NCBI GenBank assembly: GCA_035308905.1
Contig: DATGFS010000030.1
Coordinates: forward strand, 139,966 to 203,965
DNA: 64,000 nucleotides
Source: a bacterium
Lineage (GTDB): Bacteria; Sysuimicrobiota; Sysuimicrobiia; Sysuimicrobiales; Segetimicrobiaceae
Direction of reading: 5' to 3'
Position numbers and translations under genes: made by a program. The notes under the pieces were generated by a model, which saw only the letters and a list, made by a program, of their open reading frames with translations, ran no database searches and had not been told where the DNA came from. Shown here piece by piece: positions 51,310 through 59,581 of the stretch (its first letter is position 1; every line of letters begins with the position of its first letter).

Positions 51310-52524
51310 ATGGTGAGTTCTGTCGTGCCCCCCCTCTATCTCGCGCTCGGCTTCCTCGCCACGGCCGCGCTCGTCTCCGCGGTTGTGGCGCGCGCCCGGC
51401 TGCCCTACACGGTGGCCCTCGTCGTGGTGGGGCTCGCGGCGGGAACGGCGCACCTCGTACCGCCGATCACCGTGGGACCCGATGTGATCGTCACCGCGCT
51501 GATCCTTCCCCTGCTCTTCGAGGGCGCGGTCCGGATCCCGCGGCGTCACCTCAGGACCTACGCGCCACTGATCGTCGCGCTCGCCGTCCCGGGCACCGTC
51601 GTGTCCGCGGCGGCCATCGCCGGCGCCGCGCTGCTGGGCCATGTGCCGTGGCGCGCCGCGCTCCTGTTGGGCGCCGTCTGCGCGGCGACCGACCCGGCCG
51701 GCGTGATCGCGCTTGTGCGGGAGGCGGCCCTCGACGAGCGGCTCGGGACCGTCCTCGAAGGTGAAGCGGTCGTTAACGACGCCGTCGCGATCGTCTTGTT
51801 CGGTCTGGCCATGGCGTCGCCGCCCGACGTCGGCCCCGCCGCCGCGTCGTTCGTCTGGCTTCTCGCCGCGGGCGCCGCCGCCGGGTTTGCCGTCGGGGCG
51901 GCGGCGGCGTACATGCTGCGCGGCATCACCGACCCCGTCGTCGAAGCGATCGGCAGCCTCGTCGCCGCCGTCGCCGCCTACGTGGTCTCGGAGACGGTCC
52001 ACGCGAGCGGCGTGATCGGCGTCGTCGCCGCGGGACTGGCGTTCGCGGAGCTGGCCGGCCAGAGTCTCACGCCCGCCGGATCGGAAACGGTGCGCGTCGT
52101 CTGGGACGTCATCGCGTTTCTGGCGAACTCGGCGCTGTTTCTGCTGGTCGGTCTCGTCGTCCCGCTGCCGCTGCTGGCCCGCTACGGCGGGCTGATTGCC
52201 GTTGTCGTCCTCGCCGCGCTGGCGTCCCGCGCCCTTATCGTCTACGGTTTTACCGCGCTGCTGGCGCGCGGCGCCGCGCCGTTCCCGACGGTCTGGCGGC
52301 ACCTGATGGTCTGGGGCGGGTTACGCGGCGGGGTCGCGGTGGCGCTCGTCCTCGCGCTGCCGCCGATGCTGCCGCAGCGCGAAGCCGTGGCGGCGGGCAT
52401 CTTGGGTACGGTCGTCTGGACGCTGGTCGGTCAGGGGCTGTTGATGCGGCCAATCATGCTGTTGCTCGGGCTGGACCGCGCCGTCCCGCACGAGCCTCGA
52501 CCAGCTCCGAACGAAGCGCGTTAG
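51310..52524 (+). CDS. Na+/H+ (cation:proton) antiporter, CPA1/NhaP family
   Basis: The 404-aa polytopic protein has the TDP motif (AVCAATDPAGV) and a VVNDAVAIVLF segment. Confidence 0.85.
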   Translation: MVSSVVPPLYLALGFLATAALVSAVVARARLPYTVALVVVGLAAGTAHLVPPITVGPDVIVTALILPLLFEGAVRIPRRHLRTYAPLIVALAVPGTVVSAAAIAGAALLGHVPWRAALLLGAVCAATDPAGVIALVREAALDERLGTVLEGEAVVNDAVAIVLFGLAMASPPDVGPAAASFVWLLAAGAAAGFAVGAAAAYMLRGITDPVVEAIGSLVAAVAAYVVSETVHASGVIGVVAAGLAFAELAGQSLTPAGSETVRVVWDVIAFLANSALFLLVGLVVPLPLLARYGGLIAVVVLAALASRALIVYGFTALLARGAAPFPTVWRHLMVWGGLRGGVAVALVLALPPMLPQREAVAAGILGTVVWTLVGQGLLMRPIMLLLGLDRAVPHEPRPAPNEAR

Positions 52525-52759
52525 CCGGTGCGTTCGTCCTCGGCTTCGCGGTCGATCTGCTCCAGGCGGGCGCGCCAGCGCTCGTCCAGGAGCCGTTCGG
52601 CCTGTTCTTGCGTGACGCCGTTGACGACCAGCCGCTCTTCTCCCGCGGGATCGTCACACGCGGCGACCCAGCGGCGCTTGGCCGCGTCCCACTCCACCAC
52701 CACGCCCGTCATCTCCGCGCGTTCCTCGTCGAGCATGAGGACCCTCCGCCGGTGCGTCG

Positions 52760-52835
52760 TGGGGTGGCTGACGGGAATCGAACCCGCAACCCCCAGAGCC
52801 ACAGTCTGGTGCTCTGCCTTTGAGCTACAGCCACC
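52760..52835 (-). tRNA. tRNA-His (anticodon GTG) with encoded G-1 and CCA
   Basis: Manual fold: G-1 followed by acceptor GTGGCTG/CAGCCAC, anticodon stem-loop CCAGA-CTGTGGC-TCTGG, T-arm GCGGG-TTCGATT-CCCGT and discriminator C. Confidence 0.88.
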
Positions 52836-52861
52836 ACGTGACGTGATTGTAGCATTCAGGC

Positions 52862-52955
52862 GACGGCCGCGCATACCGCGGCCTAGTCCCCGTTAGGGGG
52901 CGACGGCCGCGCATACCGCGGCCTAGTCCCCGTTAGGGAGCGACGGCCGCGTCGA
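52862..52955. repeat. Tandem direct repeat: two full copies (plus the start of a third) of the unit gcgacggccgcgcataccgcggcctagtccccgttaggg, each containing the perfect hairpin GGCCGCG-cat/ac-CGCGGCC
   Basis: Seen directly: 52862-52902 and 52903-52943 differ at one base. The repeats lie between tRNA-His and the convergent DUF167 gene. Confidence 0.8.
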
Positions 52956-53166
52956 CCTCGACGAGCTTGTGGCGGCCGCGGTGTCCGCGCACGATACGCA
53001 CGCGGCCGCGCCCGACGCCGAAGTGGCCGGCCAGCGCGGCGACGACCGCCTCGTTGGCCTCACCCTCGTGCGGCGCCGCGCTCACGGCCACGTGAAACGT
53101 CCCGTCGGCGCGACGCTCGACGCCGGGCCGGCGCGCCCGCGGCGTGACGTGGACCGTGATACGCAC
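52933..53166 (-). CDS. DUF167 (YggU-like) family protein
   Basis: The product reads VRITVHVTPRARRPGVERRADGTFHVAVSAAPHEGEANEAVVAALAGHFGV...VRIVRGHRGRHKLVEV, the DUF167 pattern. The N-terminal part of the ORF in the track is Arg-rich and probably not translated. Confidence 0.6.
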   Translation of the reverse strand: MRITVHVTPRARRPGVERRADGTFHVAVSAAPHEGEANEAVVAALAGHFGVGRGRVRIVRGHRGRHKLVEVDAAVAP

Positions 53167-53180
53167 GGCGTGCTCCCCCG

Positions 53181-56159
53181 TCAGGCGTCCCGGGCGGCGG
53201 GCGTCTCGCCGGGCAGCGCGAGCGCCAGCGCTTCCGCGAGGTGCAGCGCGCGCCGGCCCGTGCCGTGGGCGATCTGCTGGCGGCACGACGTGCCCGATGC
53301 GACCAGCAGCGTCTCCGCCGGCGCCGCCCGCACCGTCTTGAACAGCACGCGCTCGCCCATAGCGATCGAGATGTCGTAATGCTCGCGCTCGACGCCGAAG
53401 GAGCCGGCCATGCCGCAGCAGCCGGAGTCGATCTCGTCGACCGACGCGCCGGGCACCGCCCGCAGGGCGGCGAGGGCCGGGCCCGTCCGGATCATCGCCT
53501 TCTGATGACAGTGGCCGTGCATCAGCACACGCCGGTCGGCCGGCGTGTACGGCGGGCGGATTCCCGCCGCATCGAGCACGCCGAGATACTCTTCGAACGC
53601 GTAGGTCGCCCGGGCGACCGCGTCCGCGGCACCGCCGCGCAGCAGATCCGGGTACTCATCTTTGAAGGTCACGATGCAGGACGGCTCCAGTCCCACGATC
53701 GGCATGCCGGCCTCGGCGAACGGCCGCAGCCGCTCGATCGTGCGGGCGGCGAGCCGCTGGGCCTGCCGCAGCATCCCGTTGCTGATCATCGGGCGCCCGC
53801 AGCACGACAGCGGGACGAGCTCGACGCGGCATCCGGCCGATTCGAGCACCCGTACGGCGGCCCGCCCGATCGACGGGTAATAGTACTCCGTGAACGTATC
53901 CACGAACAACGCGACCCGTCCCTGCCCCGGCACCCCGAGGAATCCCGCTCCTGCCGGCGCGCCGGCGGACGAGGGGGCGCGCTCCCGCCACCATTGCGTG
54001 AAGCGGCGGCGCGCGAAGGGCGGCAGCCGCCGCCGGGCGTCGATGCCCGCGATCCGCTCGAGCGCCCACCGTACCGGCGCGCTGCCGAGCAGCCGGTTCG
54101 CGAGGGGCGCCGCCGCGCAGCCGAGCGGCCCGAGCGCGGCGACGTGGCCGAAGAGCCGCGCCCGCAGCGGCAGCCCGTGCCGTGCGTAGTATCCGGCGAG
54201 AAACTCGTGCTTGAGCTTGGCCATGTCGACGTTACTGGGACACTCGGCCTTGCACGCCTTGCAGCCGATACAGAGATCCATCACGTCGTACAGTTCGCGG
54301 CTCGTCAGCGACCCCGCCGGCAGCACACCGGAGATCGCCGCCCGCAGCGCGTTGGCGCGGCCGCGCGTGCTGTGCGCCTCTTCGAGCGTGAGCATGTAAG
54401 ACGGGCACATCGTCCCGCCGCGCGGCTTCCGGCACGCGCCGATACCGCTGCAGAGCTCGATCGAGGCCCGCACCCCTCCGTCGCGGCTGAAGTCCTGGAC
54501 CGTCGCGGGAGCGGGCCCGGGCTCCGGCCGGTACCGCAGCGATTCGGTCATCGGCGGCGCATCGACGATCTTCCCGGGGTTCATACGGCCTTCCGGATCG
54601 AACGCTGCCTTGATCCCGCGGAACGCGGCGTAGAGCCGGGAGCCGAACATCTTCTCCACAAACTCGCCGCGCGACAGGCCGTCGCCATGCTCGCCGCTCA
54701 GCGCCCCGCCGAACTCGGCGACGAGGGCGGCAATCTCCTCGGCGATCTGACGCATCTCCGCGACGTCCCGGGGCTCATGGAGGTCGAGGATCGGACGGGT
54801 GTGCAGAAGGCCGACGCTCGCGTGGCCGTAGAACGACGCGTCGGTCCCGTGGCGCCGCACGATCTCCCGGAAGCGGCGCGTGTACTCGGCGATGCGGGCG
54901 GGATCGACCGCGCTGTCCTCGACGAACGCGACCGGCTTGCGGGCGCTTTTCATGCCGAGCAGCAGTCCGACGCCGGCCTCGCGAACCGCCCAAAGGTTGG
55001 CCTGGGCCGCGGGGTCGAGGATCCGCCGCATCGTCCCCCGGTAGCCCTCCCGGCGCATTCGGGCCTCCAGGCCGTCGAGCGCCGGCGCCAGCGCGGCCTG
55101 GCTCTCGCCGGCGTACTCGACCGCGATCAACGCGCCGGGGTTCCCGTCGACGAACGTCAGGCGCTGACTCAGCTCGCCTGTTTGGCGGGCGAGCTCCACG
55201 ATGTACCGGTCCGTGAGCTCCACCGCCGCCGGCTTCGTCGACAGAATTTCCGGGGTGTACTCGAGCGCGGGCACGAGGTCGTCGAACTGAAACACCGCGA
55301 GCACGGTCGCGGGCGGCCGGCGCGCCAGCCGCACCGTCGCCTCGGTCACGATCGCGAGCGTCCCTTCGGAGCCGGCGACCAGCTTGCCGAGATTCACCGC
55401 GCCGCCCGCGGGAAACTCGTCGAGATTGTAGCCGCCGACCCGCCGTTGGATGCGCGGAAATCGCCGCGCGACCTCGTCCCGGGCGCCCGCCACGATCCGG
55501 GCGACCTCGCGGTAGAGCCGTCCTTCCGCGCCGCCGCCCTGCGCCCGCCGCGCCGCCTCGTCCGGCGGGATGTCCTCGAAGACGACCGGCGTGCCGTCCG
55601 CCAGCCACGCGCGCATCGCGAGCAGCGTGTCGACCGTCTTTCCGTAGACGATCGACCTGGAACCGGAGGAATTGTTGCCGATCATCCCGCCGATCGTCGC
55701 GCGGCTGCTCGTCGACGTCTCCGGGCCGTAGATGAGCCCGCTCGGCGCGAGCGCCCGCAGCAGCTCGTGTCGCACGACCCCGGGCTGCACGCGGGCCCAC
55801 CCGGCCTCGGCGTTGATCTCGACGACGCTGTTCATGTACTTCGAGAAATCGAGCACGATCGCGCGGCCGACGGTCTGGCCGGCCAGACTGGTGCCGCCGC
55901 CCCTCGGCAAGAGCGGCGCCTGGGCGGCGCGCGCGGCCTCGATCACGGCCTGCACGTCGTCCGCGTCGCGCGGCAGGACGACGCCGAGCGGCTCGATCTC
56001 GTAGATGCTGGCGTCGGTGCTGTAGAGGGCGCGCGAGACCGCGTCGAACCGTACCTCGCCCCGTACGCGCCGGCGAAGGTCGTGGACGAGATCGCGCAGG
56101 TCGGCGGGCGGCACCGCTCCGACGGGCGCAGCCGTGGTGGCCCGGCGGGTGAAGCTCAA
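53181..56159 (-). CDS. FAD-binding (GlcD-like) and Fe-S-binding (GlpC/GlcF-like) fusion oxidoreductase (D-lactate/glycolate dehydrogenase-like)
   Basis: The 992-aa product has an N-terminal FAD_binding_4 domain (LPRGGGTSLAGQ), an FAD-oxidase C-terminal domain, two ferredoxin-type CxxCxxC clusters (CIGCKACKAECP) and CCG domains (CCGRP, CCGMAG). Confidence 0.88.
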   Translation of the reverse strand: MSFTRRATTAAPVGAVPPADLRDLVHDLRRRVRGEVRFDAVSRALYSTDASIYEIEPLGVVLPRDADDVQAVIEAARAAQAPLLPRGGGTSLAGQTVGRAIVLDFSKYMNSVVEINAEAGWARVQPGVVRHELLRALAPSGLIYGPETSTSSRATIGGMIGNNSSGSRSIVYGKTVDTLLAMRAWLADGTPVVFEDIPPDEAARRAQGGGAEGRLYREVARIVAGARDEVARRFPRIQRRVGGYNLDEFPAGGAVNLGKLVAGSEGTLAIVTEATVRLARRPPATVLAVFQFDDLVPALEYTPEILSTKPAAVELTDRYIVELARQTGELSQRLTFVDGNPGALIAVEYAGESQAALAPALDGLEARMRREGYRGTMRRILDPAAQANLWAVREAGVGLLLGMKSARKPVAFVEDSAVDPARIAEYTRRFREIVRRHGTDASFYGHASVGLLHTRPILDLHEPRDVAEMRQIAEEIAALVAEFGGALSGEHGDGLSRGEFVEKMFGSRLYAAFRGIKAAFDPEGRMNPGKIVDAPPMTESLRYRPEPGPAPATVQDFSRDGGVRASIELCSGIGACRKPRGGTMCPSYMLTLEEAHSTRGRANALRAAISGVLPAGSLTSRELYDVMDLCIGCKACKAECPSNVDMAKLKHEFLAGYYARHGLPLRARLFGHVAALGPLGCAAAPLANRLLGSAPVRWALERIAGIDARRRLPPFARRRFTQWWRERAPSSAGAPAGAGFLGVPGQGRVALFVDTFTEYYYPSIGRAAVRVLESAGCRVELVPLSCCGRPMISNGMLRQAQRLAARTIERLRPFAEAGMPIVGLEPSCIVTFKDEYPDLLRGGAADAVARATYAFEEYLGVLDAAGIRPPYTPADRRVLMHGHCHQKAMIRTGPALAALRAVPGASVDEIDSGCCGMAGSFGVEREHYDISIAMGERVLFKTVRAAPAETLLVASGTSCRQQIAHGTGRRALHLAEALALALPGETPAARDA

Positions 56160-57101
56160 CTAGGTCGCGCGGGCGGCACCGAGTGGCTCGCGGGCCGGGC
56201 TCCAGGTGAGTCGGTTGGGAAGCGGCGAGTGATCCGCGGTCAGCAGCACGAGAATGCCGTCGAGGTCGGCCGCCCCGACGCCGAGACACGGCCCGTAGTC
56301 GGCGGTCGGCCCGGGTGTGACGCCGTGCGCCCGCAGCCGCGCCGCGGCGCGAGCGAGGTCGTCCGCCCCGGGGAGCCGGACCGTGAAGTACCAGAGGCCC
56401 GGGCCGGTGGGCGCCGCGGGTGGAATGCCCTGCCCCGCCCACACGTTGGTCCCGAGGTGATGATGGTAGCCACCCGCCGACAGGAACAGCGCGCCCGTAT
56501 ATCGCCGGAGCGTCACGTCGAAGCCGAGCGCCTCGTGATAGAAGGCCTCCGCGCGGCGGAGATCGGAGACCCGCAGGTGGACGTGTCCGAGGCGGGTGCC
56601 TTCGGGGGCCGGCGCGGACCGATCGCCGCCCGCGGCGAGCAGGTCCCGCAGATCGAGCTCACGGGTGGTCATGTCCACCTGGTCGCTGTTCCAGGGCCAC
56701 TGCTCCTGGGGCCGATCGGCATAGAGCTCCAGGCCGTTGCCCTCCGGATCACGCAGGTACAGGGCCTCGCTGACGAGATGGTCGGATGCCCCGTCGAGCG
56801 CGACGTCGTGCTCGAGAAGACGCCGCAGCAGGCGTCCGAGCGCGGCGCGGCCGGGCAGCAGAAACGCCGCGTGGTACAGTCCAGAGCGCCGGCGCGGCCC
56901 GGGCGCCGGGTCCGCGGTGGCGGTGAGCCCGAGTGCGAACGGGTAGCGGCCGTCGGCCGACAGCATCACCGTCTCATCGCCGCGCCACGCCTCACGGAAC
57001 CCCAGCACATCGCGGTAAAATCCCAACGCACGGTCGAGATCGGCAACGCGCAGGTGCACGTGTCCGACGGTCGTTCGGGGATCGAGCAGCGTCTCGGTCA
57101 T
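56160..57101 (-). CDS. VOC-family (glyoxalase/bleomycin-resistance/extradiol dioxygenase fold) two-module protein
   Basis: The product starts MTETLLDPRTTVGHVHLRVADLDRALGFYRDVLGF and has a second module reading LGHVHLRVSDLRRAEAFYHEALGF. The start is the ATG at 57101; the upstream part of the ORF is Arg-rich junk. Confidence 0.75.
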   Translation of the reverse strand: MTETLLDPRTTVGHVHLRVADLDRALGFYRDVLGFREAWRGDETVMLSADGRYPFALGLTATADPAPGPRRRSGLYHAAFLLPGRAALGRLLRRLLEHDVALDGASDHLVSEALYLRDPEGNGLELYADRPQEQWPWNSDQVDMTTRELDLRDLLAAGGDRSAPAPEGTRLGHVHLRVSDLRRAEAFYHEALGFDVTLRRYTGALFLSAGGYHHHLGTNVWAGQGIPPAAPTGPGLWYFTVRLPGADDLARAAARLRAHGVTPGPTADYGPCLGVGAADLDGILVLLTADHSPLPNRLTWSPAREPLGAARAT

Positions 57102-57163
57102 TACGGTGGCGTTCGCGGTGGCGCGGGCCCCATCCTCCGGCCTCGGGCCGCGGGCGCCCGGCC

Positions 57164-57307
57164 ATGATTCGCCTCGTCTGCCCGCACTGCGGCGTGCAGT
57201 TTCTGCGGCTCGAGGCGCCGGACGGGGACGAGCCCGTCGAATGTCCGCACTGTCACCGCCGGTTCGTGCCCGACGAGGAAGAGTACGTCGATCCCGAAGA
57301 CGTCTGA
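57164..57307 (+). CDS. Small zinc-ribbon protein (47 aa, CPxCG...CPxC)
   Basis: The product is MIRLVCPHCGVQFLRLEAPDGDEPVECPHCHRRFVPDEEEYVDPEDV, with two CxxC pairs in zinc-ribbon spacing and an acidic tail. Confidence 0.45.
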   Translation: MIRLVCPHCGVQFLRLEAPDGDEPVECPHCHRRFVPDEEEYVDPEDV

Positions 57308-57349
57308 CGGACCGCGTGTGCGGTCCACCGCGAAAGGAGTGATTGATCC

Positions 57350-57754
57350 ATGGCGACGGATCCCGCGAAGCGCGGACAGACAAACCAGCCGGCCGGCGCA
57401 ACCGGTCTGGCCGACCGGCGGTGCGTCCCCTGCCAGGGAGGCACGCCGCCGCTCACCCGCGCCGAGTTCGCGCCCCTGCTCGCGCAACTCGACGGGTGGC
57501 AGGTGGAGGACGAGCGGATGCTCGTGAAGGTCTTCCGGTCCAAGAACTTCGTCCAGGCCGTCGAGTTTGTGAACGCGATCACGCCGGTGGCGGAGGCGGA
57601 AAATCACCATCCCGACCTGCGCGTGAGCTGGGGACAGGTGCGGGTGGAGTTGTGGACGCACAAGATCAACGGCCTCAGCGAAGCGGACTTCGTGATGGCG
57701 GCGAAGATCGACCGGGTCTACGCGCGGCCGTCCGCCGCGGCGGGCGGAAGTTAG
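57350..57754 (+). CDS. Pterin-4a-carbinolamine dehydratase (PCD/DCoH, PhhB-like)
   Basis: The 134-aa product reads EAENHHPDLRVSWGQVRVELWTHKINGLSEADFVMAAKID, the PCD active-site motif. Confidence 0.85.
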   Translation: MATDPAKRGQTNQPAGATGLADRRCVPCQGGTPPLTRAEFAPLLAQLDGWQVEDERMLVKVFRSKNFVQAVEFVNAITPVAEAENHHPDLRVSWGQVRVELWTHKINGLSEADFVMAAKIDRVYARPSAAAGGS

Positions 57755-57762
57755 CTCCGGCG

Positions 57763-59232
57763 CTAATCGAGCGGCGGGCGCCGGCCGGCCCAGGGCTGAA
57801 CGGCCTCGAACCCGGCGGCGGCGCACAGCACCGTCGCGTCGGCGTGCCAGCGGCCGATGATCTGCAGTCCCACCGGCAGCCCCGCCCGCGTCCATCCGCA
57901 CGGCACCGACACGGCCGGGTGCCCCGTCAGGTTGAACGGAAAGGTAAACGTGAGCCGCTCCAAGAGGGTCGGCGCCGGGCGGCCGTCGATGACGGCGCCG
58001 CTGTCCGGTTCGACCGGCCAGGCCGCGACCGGCATCGTCGGCGTCAGCAGCAGATCGTAGTCCTCAAACAACCGTCCCACCGCCTGGTAGAACGGCGCCC
58101 GGGCGAGCAGGGCGCGGCCGTAGTCGAGCGCGCTCATGCGGCCGGCGTCGACGATCATGCGCATGAGCGACGGCTCGATCCAGTCGGGATGCTCGCGCGC
58201 CCGATCCTGATGGCGCGCCGCGACGCCGACGTGCCAGATGTACCGGTGCGGCTCGCGCATGTCCGGCCATCCGAGATCCGGCGCGTCGAGCGCGCAGCCC
58301 AAATCGGCGAACCGGCGCGCCGACGTCTCCGTGATCGTCCGCACCTCCGGGTCCACGGGAAGACAGCCGAGGTCCGCGCTCCACGCGACCCGCAGTCCGC
58401 GAAGATCACGATCGCAGGCAGCGACGTAGTCCTCGGCCGGCGCGTCGATCGATAAGGGATCGCGCGGGTCCGGGCCGGCGAGCGCGGCAAGCATGAGCGC
58501 CGCGTCGCGCACGGTTCGCGTGATCGGTCCGTTGTGGGAGCGCGACGCCCAGTAATCGGGACTCGGGTGGTACGGCACCCGGCCGAACGAGGGCTTGAGA
58601 CCGACGACGCCGCACAGCGACGCCGGGCACCGGATTGAGCCGGCGCCGTCCGAACCGTGGGCCAGCGGCCCCAGCCCGGCCGCGACCCCGGCCGCGGCGC
58701 CTCCCGACGATCCGCCGGACGTCCGATCCCGCCCCCACGGATTGCGGCACGGCGGACCGATCAAGTTGTCGCTCATGTCCTTGTGCCCGAAGTGCGGCGT
58801 GTTGGTCTTGCCGACAAGCACGCCGCCGGTCGCGCGCAGCCGCCCGGCCGCCGCGCCGTCTGTCGATGGGACGTGGCGTTCGAACCACCGGGAGCCGTAG
58901 GTGGTCCGCACGCCGGCCGTGTCCTCGAGGTCCTTCACCGAGTACGGAATGCCGTCGAGCGGTCCCTTGCGCTCGCCGCGCCGCGCGCGTGCCTCCGCGT
59001 CGCGCGCCTGGGCGCGGGCAAGGTCGGCGGTCACCGTGATGTAGGCGTTGAGCGCGGGATTGACGCGCCCGATCCGCGCGAGCACCGCCTCCGTGATCTC
59101 GACCGGCGAGACGTCGCCGGCCCGGATGAGACGGTCCAGTTCGAGCACGGGGGTGAAGCACAGATCGTTCGCCGCCATAGATGCCTCCATAGCCCACGCT
59201 GGCTGCCACCGTGGTTCTACCGTCGCAATCAC
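57763..59232 (-). CDS. Amidase (amidase-signature family, GatA-like)
   Basis: The 489-aa product has the AS signature GGSSGGAAAGVAAGLGPLAHGSDGAGSIRCPASLCGVVGLKPSFGRV and the catalytic Ser-cisSer-Lys context (KDL...). Confidence 0.9.
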   Translation of the reverse strand: MIATVEPRWQPAWAMEASMAANDLCFTPVLELDRLIRAGDVSPVEITEAVLARIGRVNPALNAYITVTADLARAQARDAEARARRGERKGPLDGIPYSVKDLEDTAGVRTTYGSRWFERHVPSTDGAAAGRLRATGGVLVGKTNTPHFGHKDMSDNLIGPPCRNPWGRDRTSGGSSGGAAAGVAAGLGPLAHGSDGAGSIRCPASLCGVVGLKPSFGRVPYHPSPDYWASRSHNGPITRTVRDAALMLAALAGPDPRDPLSIDAPAEDYVAACDRDLRGLRVAWSADLGCLPVDPEVRTITETSARRFADLGCALDAPDLGWPDMREPHRYIWHVGVAARHQDRAREHPDWIEPSLMRMIVDAGRMSALDYGRALLARAPFYQAVGRLFEDYDLLLTPTMPVAAWPVEPDSGAVIDGRPAPTLLERLTFTFPFNLTGHPAVSVPCGWTRAGLPVGLQIIGRWHADATVLCAAAGFEAVQPWAGRRPPLD

Positions 59233-59250
59233 ATGTCCCGCCGTAACACA

Positions 59251-59433
59251 CTATCGCTCCGGCGCCAACGTGATTTCCAGCGTCAAGGTCAGCAGGCTCG
59301 CAAGGGCATGGCGAAACATATTCTCGTCGTCGGCGACGAGTACTCGAATCTTCCGGAGAACCTGGCTCACCGTTCTTCCACCCGCAAACCGCGCGAAGGG
59401 GCAGTCGGACCTGACCCACCACGCCAGCATCAT
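59251..59433 (-). pseudogene. Remnant of a response-regulator receiver domain (N-terminal ~20 aa only), lying at the left edge of a lower-GC island
   Basis: The ORF encodes ...RKIRVLVADDENMFRHALASLL, which matches the N-terminus of NarL/LuxR-type receiver domains (MIRVLIADDHPLFREGL). It then diverges and stops (LTLTLEITLAPER*). Confidence 0.45.
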
Positions 59434-59581
59434 GATCTCAACCAGTATCAGCCCGACCGTGATCCGGAAGAGCCAGATGGGTCTTCCGGTCTTTGGGTCA
59501 AACGTGTCAGTCTACGAAAGCACGATTTCTGTCACCACCCCCAGAGTTGTCAGATGTTCATCGCTTCGGTTGAAGTTTCCA

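Noticed and set aside
52521-52736. 71-aa ORF downstream of tRNA-His (MLDEERAEMTGVVVEWDAAKRRWVAACDDPAGEERLVVNGVTQEQAERLLDERWRARLEQIDREAEDERTG)
   Set aside because: It is a possible small protein but has no recognisable family. It overlaps the nhaP stop, and the ORF in the track reads through the tRNA gene. I left it uncalled.
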